Numbered from the stretch's first letter, positions 51,869-64,000 are shown. The stretch: DNA of 64,000 bases from Nemertoderma westbladi (GCA_032718475.1 JAUCBJ010003882.1:1-64000); one strand, 5' to 3'. Numbers and translations are program-made. The notes: generated by a model from the sequence alone, not told the origin.

Positions 51869-52055
51869 CCTGGTAAATATATGAAGAAAGGTTTTGGAAC
51901 AGAATGAAGTATCGATATGTAGATTGTCTATGTGTCTGCAGATAGAGGCGTCCTGTGTAAGAGCCGATATACGGTTGAAATTATTACAATCTTCATATCT
52001 GAAGTCACCGGTGTATAAGTTGGTTACATGGGGTTCGATCGACTCAAATAAAAAC
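51869..52055 (-). CDS. DCLRE1C: Artemis exon (MFLFE...LYTGDFR...IDNLHIDTSFC...R)
   Basis: MBL motif 4 (TGDFR) and beta-CASP motif A (DT.F); 187 nt, phase 2 in and phase 0 out. Confidence 0.95.
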
Positions 52056-52172
52056 CTAAACGGTAAATATGGAATATTTAGGAAACTGGGTCACTGTGAT
52101 AGGGTGTTATTGGCATGGGGATAATAGGTGTGTGAGTGTGGGCAATGGACAGAGGGCCCTATTATGGTGTAA

Positions 52173-52410
52173 GGGGGCGCTCATAAAGTTACGCAAATTT
52201 TCCTGATTTTTGACCACCCCCCCCCCTCCCCTCTGTCACAAAATGTCACGCAAGCTCGAGCCCCTCCACTCCCCCTTAATCATTAGTAAATTCGTAATAC
52301 TTTAAGTCAAAGTCAAGCTAAAACTAAAGCCTAGAACATCGCCGTGACCGTCACCCCCCCCCCCCCCCCCCCCCCCCCCCTAGTGCGTGACATACTTTAT
52401 GAACGCCCCC
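52173..52410. mobile_element. PIF/Harbinger (Tourist-like) MITE
   Basis: TIR GGGGGCG.TCATAAAGT / ACTTTATGAACGCCCCC, TAA TSD on both sides. Confidence 0.8.
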
Positions 52411-52655
52411 TAAGGGGTAGCGCAGGATTACACAAGATAGCGCACAATGGAATAGCAATATTCAAATGGGGGGATATTGATTATAACCAAAGTGGAGAGA
52501 TAGGATGCGCGAGTTACTGTATGAGCACAGATTACAGTTTCATATCCGTAGTCGACGTCTGTGGATGTCGGGGTAGAATCACAGAGAAAATAAAATACGA
52601 AACATTATCAGAGACAACTGAAAAATATATTCAGGTACAACAGAAAACAACTTAC

Positions 52656-52841
52656 ATAACAGAACCCGGACAGTGTCCAGCTGATATAAGAGTGACCGTG
52701 AACTCTTTGTTATTGGGAGCCGAAATGGAACATGATTGGTCAATAGGTAGATCACGAGTGTATGACTCAAGCCAGGCCAGACCCGGCATTGACAATATTA
52801 TCTTCTTAGTAAGAAGGGAGCAGTACAAAATAATATTCGTG
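52656..52841 (-). CDS. DCLRE1C: Artemis exon (ILYCSLLTKKIIL...VTLISAGHCPGSVM)
   Basis: Matches human LYCSPVTKELLL...VTLLPAGHCPGSVM; 186 nt, phase 2 at both ends. Confidence 0.95.
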
Positions 52842-53029
52842 CTGCAAATAAATACACAGGAGTAGTTATTTATACAAAAGGTACTTGTTTACTTGTTACC
52901 ATCAGCTCTATGTTCTGTAAACTCAAATGGTCTAGTAATATATTTCCCATGTTTTATCTTAAACGCTACATTTCTTTCCTTACAATTGAAAGGAAAGAAA
53001 TGGGAGGGCAATTAATGCATAGACATGTA

Positions 53030-53256
53030 GCCCTCTAGCGGGAGACTATTGAATTGATGGTATTTTAAAGTAACATAAATCTCAACTTTTGATCCAATGC
53101 CTAAAAATCTTCAATTCGACAGTCCTAAATCCGATAAAGTTATCAGCATGTCAAAATCGTAACGACGACAACAACCACTGTATTTGCAAAAATTGACCCA
53201 CCCCCTAACTGTGTCAGTTCTCTGAAGGTTCCACCAACTTCCTGGCTTGCCCCACA
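53030..53256 (-). mobile_element. Diverged partial copy (E) of the left half of element C
   Basis: Reverse complement reads TGTGGGGCAAGCCAGGAAGTTGGTGGAACC...AGGGGGTGGGTCAATTT...GTCGTCGTTACGATTTTGACATGCT. Confidence 0.75.
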
Positions 53257-54167
53257 ATACGACAGCGCGGTGTTTATAGACAGTAAAACAGTAGTAGAAT
53301 CAAAAATACTTGAATAGACCCGGCGCATCCTGCAGAAATATTAGCTGCCATCATTCATAGCAGGACCAGGAAGAAGAACAGGCGATCTGGACGTGCTCGG
53401 AGATGTTAAAGATGATAACGCGAGATCTTACAGCTTGATAACGTTGGTGATATTGTTTTCAAATAAAACAATATAATTAATATGACTTAGCGGAAAACAC
53501 CCTTTCCACTCTTTTACTGTAGCGAAATTAATATATTCTGCCCTCGTATGTTGAGTTTTCCACACGCTGGCACTAACTTGCCAACTCGTATAAAATTCAA
53601 TCACTCGGACAGAACAGTTGAACCCACTAAACTGAAAATGAATGAAAAAAAGCTGCGTTTTTGCTTACTTTTTATTATAGAATAATAGTGCTTTTTTCAG
53701 AACCCGAATTTAAAAAATTATTCTAGACCACAATTTTGGCGCACCTAAAACCTGGGGCCTGCCCTCCCTTACCTCTCTAAAGGACAAAGGTTCGCCACTA
53801 CTGTCTTAGTTATAATCACATCAAATAATTCGACTACATTACTCATTCGAGATTCAACCTGTGATTAATCTAAACTGAATAATACTAAGACATGTTGAGT
53901 TCATGTTGATGTTCACACTTGAATAAATAATGTAAGTTTATTTATTCGCCACACCCAGATTATTTGGGCCCAGACAGTAGTGCCTACAGTGACTGTGATA
54001 CGGATATATTATCTTTCAAGGTGATTAAGTAACTCAATTAGCAGAGAGAAAGTATGCAGACAACCTGTTCATAGCCGTGCTACTGTAACTAACAAACACA
54101 ATTAAAGCATTTATAATAGTAAATTGATAACGTAGATAAATAATATAACAGCGCAATATATATTTAC

Positions 54168-54275
54168 CTTGACTTGATGTATTGTTTAAATGTGTCCTTC
54201 CTTATACCAATCATGTGGTCAGCATGGGCGTGACTGAGAAAATACACCGAACTTTCTAGGTTTTGCCCATCGAAC
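54168..54275 (-). CDS. DCLRE1C: Artemis exon 2 (RFDGQNLESSVYFLSHAHADHMIGI...); exon 1 not located in the window
   Basis: HxHxDH metallo-beta-lactamase motif; matches human [25 protein letters not shown]; 108 nt, phase 2 at both ends. Confidence 0.95.
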
Positions 54276-54803
54276 CTGCGCAGCAATAAAGTATACAGTA
54301 GTAGTTTAGATGCATTGAATCTAAAGGAGCCGAAAACTTTAAGCAGAAAAAAGTGATAAAACATAAAGTTTTAAAAAGCATGACATATTTTACATATTTC
54401 GAAAGCGCAGAATTTTCTCTTTTTTTAGTGCAAATCAAAGATAAAGCTAATTTAAGACAGGACAAATTAAAAAGTAAAATGTGGAAAAATTTTACAAATC
54501 CGTCTCCAAGACTACAAATCGCAGACAAGCCTACATTTGTGGTCTTGTACAACTTCCAAGACTACATTGCCATTGTAACCTTGGAAACTTCCTTATTTCC
54601 CACAATATGTTATCTTGGAATGTCACATGCACTCACATGGTCCATAAAAGACAAAAGATGAATGATACGAGCATTATCACGTTTATTTTATAATAATTCC
54701 TCATTATAATTAATTAAGATATATTATTATTATCCACAGATAATGTGAACATTTAATATGGTAGGCCTACTTATAAAAGTTAAAAATCCATCGTCTTTAA
54801 GTT

Positions 54804-55100
54804 ACACGTTCGTGGGGCGTCGCGCAGCACGCGAACTTGAGCAAGTTCGATTTGATTTGGAGTAAAAAGTTCGAGAGGTATTTGCCCGTAACTTTAAAAA
54901 TATTTTAACTTTTTCTCTAGTATGCCCATACAAAATTTGGTTGAAAATGGTTCAAAAAAAGTAATTTACGAATGACTTTTTTACATTTACATTTACAGAC
55001 ATTTTACATTATAGACAGACAGACGGACATGAAATTTTGCCCTATTTACTAATTATAATTGTGCGCTAAGGCTCACCCTGACTGCGTGGCTCGAAGCACA
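54804..55100 (-). mobile_element. 297-bp diverged member of the TGT-bounded family (copy D)
   Basis: ACACGTTCGTGGGGCGTCGCGCAGCACG...CGCTAAGGCTCAC...GTGGCTCGAAGCACA. Confidence 0.75.
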
Positions 55101-55648
55101 GTGTATTATTCGACTTTCCGTAAGCAGATAGATTTTTAACAGATTGGTAGGCTTTTTTTCCATTGCATTGTAATATGGTTATACTTAGTTGGTTATTTCA
55201 ACCTCAGAATTTTTGTGCCTGGCGCCATACACCTTTGATGTTCATTCACTACACTTATTATTGATAAGCCTTAATCAAACAATTACCGCTAACGGAACTC
55301 TACAGAGCTCTACATAAATCATACGAGATAATAAAATTTGCTTTCAGTACTAGATCTTTCATTATCCAAACATTCAAAGTAGGCCTACATTACGGAATTA
55401 TGTCTACCTACACTTATATAAAGTAGGCCTACATTACGGAATTACGTTAACATACACTTATATAAAATTGATTAACAATCAAACTAAATTACATAATTTC
55501 GATTAGGTGAACTATTGTTGACAAGTTACGCATTTAATTGTAACTTATCAAGAAAATATGTAAACTTGTCCAACAATTTACAGTATCCACGAAGTCATTG
55601 TTACAAGACTAGGCCTAGTATATTTAGTGACAAACCACTCAATGTATG

Positions 55649-57235
55649 ACACGTTCGTGGGGCCTTCGCGCAGCACGAGGCCCAGTTATTAGATACAAAT
55701 TAAAATTGAGCGACTGTATCACAAAATCAGGTTTTGAGAAATTTACCCACACCACCAATCAATCAAAGAAAGGGGGACAGTACGTGTTCACCCCTTTTAA
55801 TCCCCCCCCCCCCCCCCAACCTTCCCAACCACCAATACATAACCGGGACATCTACCACCCACGGAAGGGTAGCACGAACTTATTTCCAATCGCACGTTAA
55901 ATATGCAAAGCCAGGTGGTTTATAGGAATATAATAAACGCAGTACTCGTTTTCATTATAAGCCTCTTTGCGTTCGTCCTGTTTTGTATTTAAATATATTT
56001 CTTAAACGCAGGCTGACGATATTTATAATAATAATAACTAGGGATGCGATCAATATGTGAAGCCAGGTGGTTTATATAATAATTTAGTCAACGAGGTACT
56101 CGTCTTCATTATATGCCTCGTTGCGCTCGTCGCTTGTCCTGTTTTGTCATAAAATACTTTTCCTAAACGCAGACTGACGATCTTTATACAGTTATAACTA
56201 TGCGAAGTTTCGAAACTGTGCGATACATCTATGTGGAGATGTGTGATATGTGGAGATGTGTGATACAACGCCAACGCATCTTATGCCGATGTAGTAATAT
56301 GGGTATTGAAATAATATTAAATCAATGTACACTCTTAAAGCTGCAGCGAAAAAATGTAGCTAATTTCCTAGGTTACATATAAAATAATAATATTATTTTT
56401 AAGAACATTAATTTTACTACTTTGCAAAAATTCAATTAAAAAATAACCAGACATATACATTGTGGAATAAACTATTTCAGATAAGCCTACACAACAGCCA
56501 TGCCATGGATGGTATTTATGTTATTATATCTGTCATTTACCTGAGATAGCAATACAACACTTATAGTAGAGTCAATACAGGAAGGATGTTGGAATGCTGC
56601 CTGGGCTGGAATAGCAATACTGGTTGCCTATTACAATTTCTCTCTGGTTAGTCTACAGCCACAACTCCAAGCTAGCTCCACACCAGCAGAGACTTGACCA
56701 ATAATCATTCCCAGCAACTAGCTGCCTTAACACACATCCTTCCATCTATGCACCAGCATGTTAGCCAATAAATGAGCAGTATTTAATGAGAACCAATTTT
56801 TTATGACGTTTTAATTACTTTAGATCAATTAAAGACACAATTAATAAAGCAAATCACTTGAACTAATTAAAAACTATAATAGAATGGCGTATGTGGATTA
56901 CATCTGTATAATTTTTAAGTATAATTATTTAAATCTTATACTGTAAAACAATTAATTTCCTTTAACAGGCAGGTTGAAAATGGTGTTTTTACCGTAATCA
57001 ACTTAATTAACTAATTAACTGCTATTATCTTAGCTTCTCGAAGGCCACACGGAAATTCTACTTGGAAAATTTCTAAACTTTTGCCAAACAACATGTGTAC
57101 CAAGTTTGGATAGATTTCATCAAAGATTGGCTGAGTTATTAACGTTTAAAATTGGACGCGACAGAACGACAGAACGACAGGTTGATTAATGGTACCACTA
57201 CGCTAAGGCTCACTCACTTCGTGGCTCGCCCCACA
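55649..57235 (-). mobile_element. Inverted near-identical copy (B) of element 8579-10147
   Basis: Reverse-complement match over most of its length; ORF 56050-56274 mirrors 9444-9737. Confidence 0.92.
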
Positions 57236-57512
57236 AGTCTATGTTGACAAGACTACTTTTTTATAATAGTCTTGGAAATTCTAGCTCCTGTTGTAGCCAA
57301 ACTATAGTTCATTAAAAATATGACACTCTTAATGCATATTTACTGCATATGAAGCCTAACACTATGTGTAGTCTTGGAAGCATAACCGGGGATTATTGAG
57401 GCTAGTCTCTATATTTCGCGTAGTTGTAATCAACTTTATCCAAATTTCATACCGCTAATAGATATTATATTTTGGATGGTTCATGAAGCATAATACTGAA
57501 ATTTCAAGATAT

Positions 57513-58689
57513 CGTGACCAAAGAGCCAGAACAACACTCACCAAAAAATGTGGTTTCGAGAAAAATGCAAAAAACCTTCTCATTTCCCTGTATATGGATC
57601 CCGTCTCCTAATTTTTTCGACAGAGGTCTGGGAAGATACAATGATAGGCCTAACTTTTATAACATTGGCTAGCATTCAGAATAAATTTTGTTAATGAAAA
57701 AAAAAACTATTTTTTTTCGTTATTTTCCAAAGAGGCAAAACAACACATACTGAAATTTAATATTTACTCTAGTCTGTGTGTGTTGTTCTACCTCTAGGAT
57801 TTGATCACAGAAACAGAACAACTCACGTCATTCCTCGTCTATTGAATGGTATTTTTCAAAGCATGATAGATATTTAAATGTCGCGAACGGACTTACGCAC
57901 TTGACATTTCCATGCTGCTCTATTGGATATTTTTCGCCCCTTGCCAGGCTTCCTCATGTTTCCCTATGACGTCATGTTTCCCTTGGACTAGGATCATCCT
58001 CATCGTCACTATAACTAGATGATGGAATGTAATTTAACTCTGTAAACTCGAAGTCATCAACGTACTCAATTTGTACATCGGCATCATCTGCTGGTGAATT
58101 CTCAATTGAGCACATGTGATTTAAATGGTAATTTCTATAAATAGCCCTACTCCGATAATAACTCATTTGAAAGCAAGTAATTATATTAATTTAGATTTGA
58201 TTCAATACTAACATTATTTAAAAATCAAATAGATTATGACAAAAGTATCATTTTCGATGACTTGTTTTTTGGCCGTAAAGGCTCATCATCATACCCTAAA
58301 AACGACATTACTGTACCGATTACATTACCACTTAAATGGCGTCAGGTAGTGTGGAACTTTTCATATTAATCAACTTTGCCGCTAATTTAAATACATATTC
58401 CAGAAAAATTTGGCTTCTTTTGATTCGTTGAGTGTACAATATACATGAGTTGTCATACATTGCATTGTGTGGGTTCTTTTGCTTCGAATAAGTGTGGTAT
58501 GTGTTGTTTTACCTCTAACAGTTTTCAACTAATATGTTGTGAGGGTTGTTCTGGTTTACCATATATCCTAAACGGACTGACATACAAGTCCAGGATTTTA
58601 ACATAAGATGTAGAACGCCATCGTGAGTAATTTTGGTGAAATTTTTTTTTTTTAATTGTGGTATGTGTTGTTCTGGCTCTATGGTCACG
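57513..58689 (-). mobile_element. TIR DNA transposon deletion derivative, Sola1-like
   Basis: ~31-bp TIR CGTGACCA.AGAGCCAGAACAACAC; ATAT on both flanks (AWWT); internal TIR-motif repeats; minus-strand remnant with an acidic tract followed by RKPGKGRKISNRAAWKCQVRKSVR. Confidence 0.7.
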
Positions 58690-60511
58690 ATATAATTGTT
58701 TTATGCAAAGAAGTGGTTACATAGGTTTTTCGACACAATTTCCTTACACTTTATACTTGGGTTTCCTGTCGCGATAAAATCTATGGAAATGTACTGCAAG
58801 TACTGTAGTTTTACTGAACTGCAAATTATATGAGGATCACATAGGTATGTAATATATTTGCATAAACTTGCTTTGAATTATTCATTTACGATCTATTATG
58901 ACGCCACCTCTTCCAAAACAACACACATTTTATTGACAAGTCTACGTTTTTATGTATCTTGGGATTTACTTTCTCATGTTGTGCTACAATTTTACAACTT
59001 ATATGTTAAAGATTAAAAAATTAGCTTTCGAACGATACTTAAATGACAAAAATCCGTTTAGCGGTTCAAATTTTACAAGTTTTACCAAAACCTTGGACTT
59101 TTAATTCCTTAAAGTGTTGTAGTTAAAGTACACATAATCAGATAGGTACAAAATGGAATATAAGGCAGAGTTTCAGTTTCATCGTTAAAGTGGGCGAGGG
59201 TGTAATATAGGTTACACGAGGATATCGTGTTCGAGAATTAAATTATATTCACACACACAAAATGATACGAGATTTTAGATTTGTTTGATATTTAGCTAAG
59301 GTTCAGGCGTTCACGCAGCCCGAGAAGTGAGACAGATTCCTGGTATACCTTCTCTAGTCTACTCTAATCTGCTTTTGAAAAGAATAACACGCCTGTTTGG
59401 GGGCAATGTTTGTCAAACATTATCTTTGTGTTAAGTCTCTAAGTGCGACTATATTTTGTTTTTTTGCATTGAAGACACTAAAAAGGGGCATTGTTCACCG
59501 AAACGGCTCCTAAATGAAGAACGCGTTTAAATGGCTTATGGATTGCGCACAAGCAATATTTTCATGATTGAGGGTGAATTGGGTAAATTTGGTGATACTA
59601 AAAAAAGGACAATTAATATAACTTCCAGAGGAGGGTACCTTTTGCATTTTGTCCTACACTTTATGAATTTTTAATATGTTTCATGTTATTTCTCAACCAT
59701 TGTTTTTCAGAGAATGACTAGTGATTTGGAACAAAGCTTCCTAATGAAGTTTTGAACAACCGTTAACTAATAAATGTTTTTCCACAAAATATGACACAAA
59801 CGCCACTTAAGAAAACGCTCCAAGAAGGAACATATTAGTGCCTCCTTATTCAGTGTAAAGGCGCCATTATTGTGAGTTTGTTAACCAAAAGAGATGCTAT
59901 TTCCTTCAATTTAAGAAGGGCACTCAAGGCCTTTTCGGGCTCCGAAATGGGCCCTGTAAATTTATATTTACCCACCACCCCCCCCCCCCCCCCACCCCCC
60001 CAAAATAAAAATAGACTAACAAGCGTTGGAATGAAATCAATATCATATTATAGTAATAAATAAATATATAAGGCAAATCGTTATCAACTAAATATAACTG
60101 TGACATTAAAACCCTAAAGTAATTCGCTATACACAGACAGCACAGAATACACACACACCTCGTATCTAACCCATTATAAATAGTGTCGATTTATAGCTAC
60201 ACAAAGTGGCCTAGACAACGACTAAACATGAAGTTAACCTTCATGGTGATAATGGTTGAGATCGTTCAGCTTTTATTTTCATTTTATTCCCCAAAATTGT
60301 CTCATCTTATATTGCACTTAGTATCTTGGTATCTGTACTTTTTGTTTACCACTGTTGTGATGTTCCATGTTATGGCAAAAGAGTGAATCGCTAAACACTT
60401 AAATCTTAACTTTTTACGCTTAAAAAAATTAATTCACGGAGTCAAATTATGTGGAGTTTTGAGTATAAAATCATCTCTCTTGGCAGTTACCTATAATGCA
60501 GACCTATAATG

Positions 60512-60546
60512 TTGGGAATAAGAGTAGCGTCTACTCTTATTCCCAA
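60512..60546. other. Perfect 16-bp hairpin TTGGGAATAAGAGTAG-CGT-CTACTCTTATTCCCAA
   Basis: Directly visible. Confidence 0.9.
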
Positions 60547-61346
60547 AGTTGAATAAATAATCCCAACACTTTACTTCTTCCCCCGTCAGATTTCTGGTCC
60601 TATCTCGCTGTTTTGGAAATTATCACGAAATTAAACTGTCTCACCACAGGTTTGAACTCGGTTACTCCCAATAGGAGGCGGATGGTTGACCAAACTACTC
60701 CAGGATTGTAGGGAGAGAATGAAAATTAGGAAAAGTTTTGATTACAACATTTATAAAAATGTTTAAATATGGATTATGAATACAATCCAATAAACGCTAC
60801 CAATATCAATCAATACAAGTACAAGCCTACTCCATAAGAGTAGATTCGGGTTCAAATTAATATGTTTCAAAATGCAATCAATCGTTATTTATGTGGCGTG
60901 TAGCTGTAAAATAACAATATTATAACAGGACTTGGTATATTAAAGCAGGTTAGGTTAGCACAAAATAATATATCACTTGTCTAAATCAGTAAAAAAAGCT
61001 ATAAACACCACAATTCAGCCAATTGAGCTTCAAACTGAAACCAATCTCTGTGAATAGAGAGTAGTGGCAGACAGGCTATTGGCATTCAAGTTGGAATCCC
61101 TAACTGTACCGGAGCCAGACAAAATCGAGGACTCCATCGAAAAAAATAAATTAGACTCCGACTCCAAGTCAGGACTGAAATTTTTCACAAACCACAAATA
61201 TAAAAAAATAGACTCATGTAATGAGGTGACCTTAATATGGACAATCATTATCAACAAAAAAAAATCAGTGCTGAAGGGACTCTGCTGCTGCTGTTTATAT
61301 GCAGAGTTTGCGTAGAGTCCATAAATTGCACAACTCGTAACCGTTA

Positions 61347-61424
61347 GCCTCCGCGGTGTGATGGACACTGGACAGCAAGCCCGTACGTATATCGGGAACC
61401 CGGGTTCGATCCCTGCTGGTGGCG
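61347..61424 (+). other. tRNA-like sequence (pseudo-tRNA or SINE-related)
   Basis: GGTGTGATGG A box, GGGTTCGATCCC T-arm, imperfect GCCTCCG/TGGTGGC acceptor stem; D arm and anticodon arm atypical. Confidence 0.5.
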
Positions 61425-62359
61425 AGTTCATTATTCGTTCAATTGTGGATATTCAACATTGTGGAAAATAGATTGGGATTGTCAGGAAAGTGTCATTTTT
61501 AGCCAGATTGACTATAATAGGTATTTATAACTCTTTCAATATACTCCCCACAGTACTAAATATAGTTGATAAATTCCAAACTGGAAAGAGACAAGGGTGA
61601 TAACTGGACGCAAATCCCCATTTCAGCGAATTCCTATATCGTTTCAATGTTAAATTAAGGGAAAGGAGCAGGTTATAGTGGAACGCCATTCTAACCAAAT
61701 AAATAAATAAAGTCAATAGAACAGGTGACACTTTTCGTCGATTTATGACCCAAGTCAAGTCGTTTCTAAAATTTGCACAACAAAAATTATTTAGCACTAT
61801 ATTGGCTTGATTCAATTACTATTACTAATTTATCAATTTAAATAGAAGATTATCATTATTAACTATATCAGCTCCAACATTATATGGGTTTTAACTTGAA
61901 TGCCAACAGAAGAAAATAACTGGCTGATCATGACGCGACACTGAAGCAAAAAACCATGACGGTATTTAATTCTTGTTTAAAGAAGTTCGGATTTCAATCT
62001 CTATGACCAACTAAAATCAAGTTAACTTCAAGCTAAGGGAAATGTATGATTAGTGCATTTAAACTGTTTGAAAAGTCTAAACTAAATAAACGAATAATGA
62101 TAATTGCAGAGAAAGAATTAAACAATTAAATTAAATCAAAACATTATGTATAAGGTATTTTACAAATACAAATATTATTATTATATGTGTAAGTAATGCA
62201 ATACATACATAACATAATGTGCTATTAATAATTGTGAACTAACCAAATTATATTTAAAAGTAATATAGTGGTTCTTAGGCCCCAATTATAAAACGCTTTA
62301 TTGAATAAACTAATAATTAATATTAAGATTATTATGTACAATATTATAATAAAAGAATC

Positions 62360-63646
62360 TCACTCTCCGCTATGAGATCTCGGCCGGCTTTCATTATCCT
62401 TTTCCTGAGTTGTAGATGTTGGATTCAAAATTAAGAAGTTTAATATATCGGACAGAGAGACCATGCCAACCACTGAGAAATTATCGTCAACTACAACCAA
62501 TCGATGTATCTCGGCCTCAACGACCTTGGAGATGACCCTGGAGAGAGATTCGTTAGACTTGCAGGTGACAACGCCCTCGAAAGTGTCAGAACGATGGTCC
62601 ATCGCCTTCGAGACAGAGACATCGAGGTTGTTGTAGGAGCGCTGCGCCGCGAGGTTTATAACGTCAAACTTGGCGTAGATATCCACCACTTTGCCGTTCT
62701 CGTCTATGACCGGCAAGGCGGAAACGCGACGCTCCACAAACAAGCCGAGAGCGATAATCACGGGGGTGTTGGGCGTCACAGTGGCGATATCCGTGAAAGT
62801 TCCGATCGGGAGGGAATCCAGAGACTGGTCCATAAACCCGGGTCTAGGAAGTTCTTCGAGAAAGATGTCCAAGTAACGGAGGATACGTTTATGAGTGAGT
62901 ATGTAGAGAGCGTTACCGGATACGGGATCGACCACGGGGAGCCGATGGATCCGGTTCTCTAAGAGGAGTCGGACCGCGTCGTAGATACTCGAGGTAGCCG
63001 GGATAGCAATGAGTCCCCGGGCCGAGTCCATCCCGAGAACAGACCGCCACGTCGCCAACCGGTGCTCCTCCAACTCGTCCATCTCAACCAGCGGCGATTT
63101 ATAGTATTTGAAGAGTATCTGAATGAAGTCGCTGATTGTCAGCATCCCTACGTAGTTCTGGGCGGAGTGGTCCCACAGCGGGGCAGCCCGGACCCCGTTG
63201 TAAACGAGGGCGAAAAACGCCTTCTTAACGTGGAGCTGGGTGTCGAAAACGACTAACTTGGAACTTGTTGGGATGATGTCATAACATTTCCGAGTTTTAA
63301 CGAAGTTTGCGTAGGTCATCTCCGGTGTTGTTACACTGAGCGACGATAGATTGAGATGCGAGGAGGGCAGGGAATGGGGAGAGCCGGGCGCGTTGTCGTT
63401 GTCAGCGAACAAGTGTTTGGGGGTGAGGAAGGAGCGCGAGGGATGGAGGTCGGAGGAGGGAATGTCTATGGAGAGACTCGGGGAGGTAAAGGGAATGGAT
63501 TGGGCTCTGGACTTTGTGCCCTGTAGCCCACGGGGGGACAGCTGCGATTTAGCAGATCCTCGCGCCGGGGAGGGAGATTTTCCTTTCTTGTCCCGACGTC
63601 CGAAGTTCATTAAACTAACGCGCCTTTTGCCGGTATCTTGTGACAT
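62360..63646 (-). CDS. PRKAG: 5'-AMP-activated protein kinase gamma subunit (4 CBS domains), single coding exon
   Basis: [71 protein letters not shown]; first ATG at 63646 (428 aa). Confidence 0.96.
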   Translation of the reverse strand: MSQDTGKRRVSLMNFGRRDKKGKSPSPARGSAKSQLSPRGLQGTKSRAQSIPFTSPSLSIDIPSSDLHPSRSFLTPKHLFADNDNAPGSPHSLPSSHLNLSSLSVTTPEMTYANFVKTRKCYDIIPTSSKLVVFDTQLHVKKAFFALVYNGVRAAPLWDHSAQNYVGMLTISDFIQILFKYYKSPLVEMDELEEHRLATWRSVLGMDSARGLIAIPATSSIYDAVRLLLENRIHRLPVVDPVSGNALYILTHKRILRYLDIFLEELPRPGFMDQSLDSLPIGTFTDIATVTPNTPVIIALGLFVERRVSALPVIDENGKVVDIYAKFDVINLAAQRSYNNLDVSVSKAMDHRSDTFEGVVTCKSNESLSRVISKVVEAEIHRLVVVDDNFSVVGMVSLSDILNFLILNPTSTTQEKDNESRPRSHSGE

Positions 63647-64000
63647 AACGGTTAACAAGATATACAAAAAGCTCTGCAGTATTTAAAACAGTAAAAATAC
63701 AAATACCGTATCCAACAAAAAGAGAGAATGCAAATGACAAATACAGAAATATGATACACAGATAGATAGACTGATACAGGAAACGATTTGCATTAGCTTG
63801 AAGGTGTAAAGTAGTATTACAGTCTACTGGTCTAGGCCTACTAGTACTATACAATACACCATGCTGCCGTGAGTCCCGGAATATAGTGTCGAAATTTCTA
63901 TGACACAAATCCCCCCTCCCCAAATTTTTCAACAAATCTTAATGAGATTGCATGAAATTTGAAACAAAGATACTTCCTGAGCCTGACCACTTTACTGGGT

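Noticed and set aside
5825-52380. Multiple long G/C homopolymers as functional G-quadruplex elements
   Set aside because: Mostly inside repeats, lengths unreliable in assemblies, no positional pattern
61268-61325. Hammerhead ribozyme (CTGAAGG-stem)
   Set aside because: Core CUGANGA and GAAA are not intact, although a GACTCTGC/GCAGAGT stem exists
61347-61424. Functional tRNA gene
   Set aside because: Mismatched acceptor stem and atypical D and anticodon arms; treated as tRNA-derived

Overview
AT-rich, repeat-dense eukaryotic genomic DNA from an invertebrate animal (species not identifiable from sequence alone). The backbone is a minus-strand, multi-exon Artemis (DCLRE1C/SNM1C) gene that the ORF track largely misses. 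Eight exons were reconstructed by hand between 54275 and 6022 with matching splice phases; exon 1 was not found. Its inferred last intron (~31 kb, 8079-39405) contains a 7-exon antisense LRR-Ig-FN3-TM receptor gene, an 8.3-kb 43-bp satellite, an intronless 1031-aa secreted protein that joins bacterial-adhesin-like repeats to a TSP1 domain, and a hAT-type element carrying a full-length decayed RTE LINE. An intronless AMPK gamma subunit gene lies at the right end. The rest consists of two more 30-bp satellites, a long (AAAC)n, tRNA-derived SINEs, several MITEs, a Sola-like deletion derivative, and a family of non-autonomous elements with asymmetric hairpin ends bounded by TGT direct repeats. All calls come from reading the sequence and recalling family motifs; no database searches were run.
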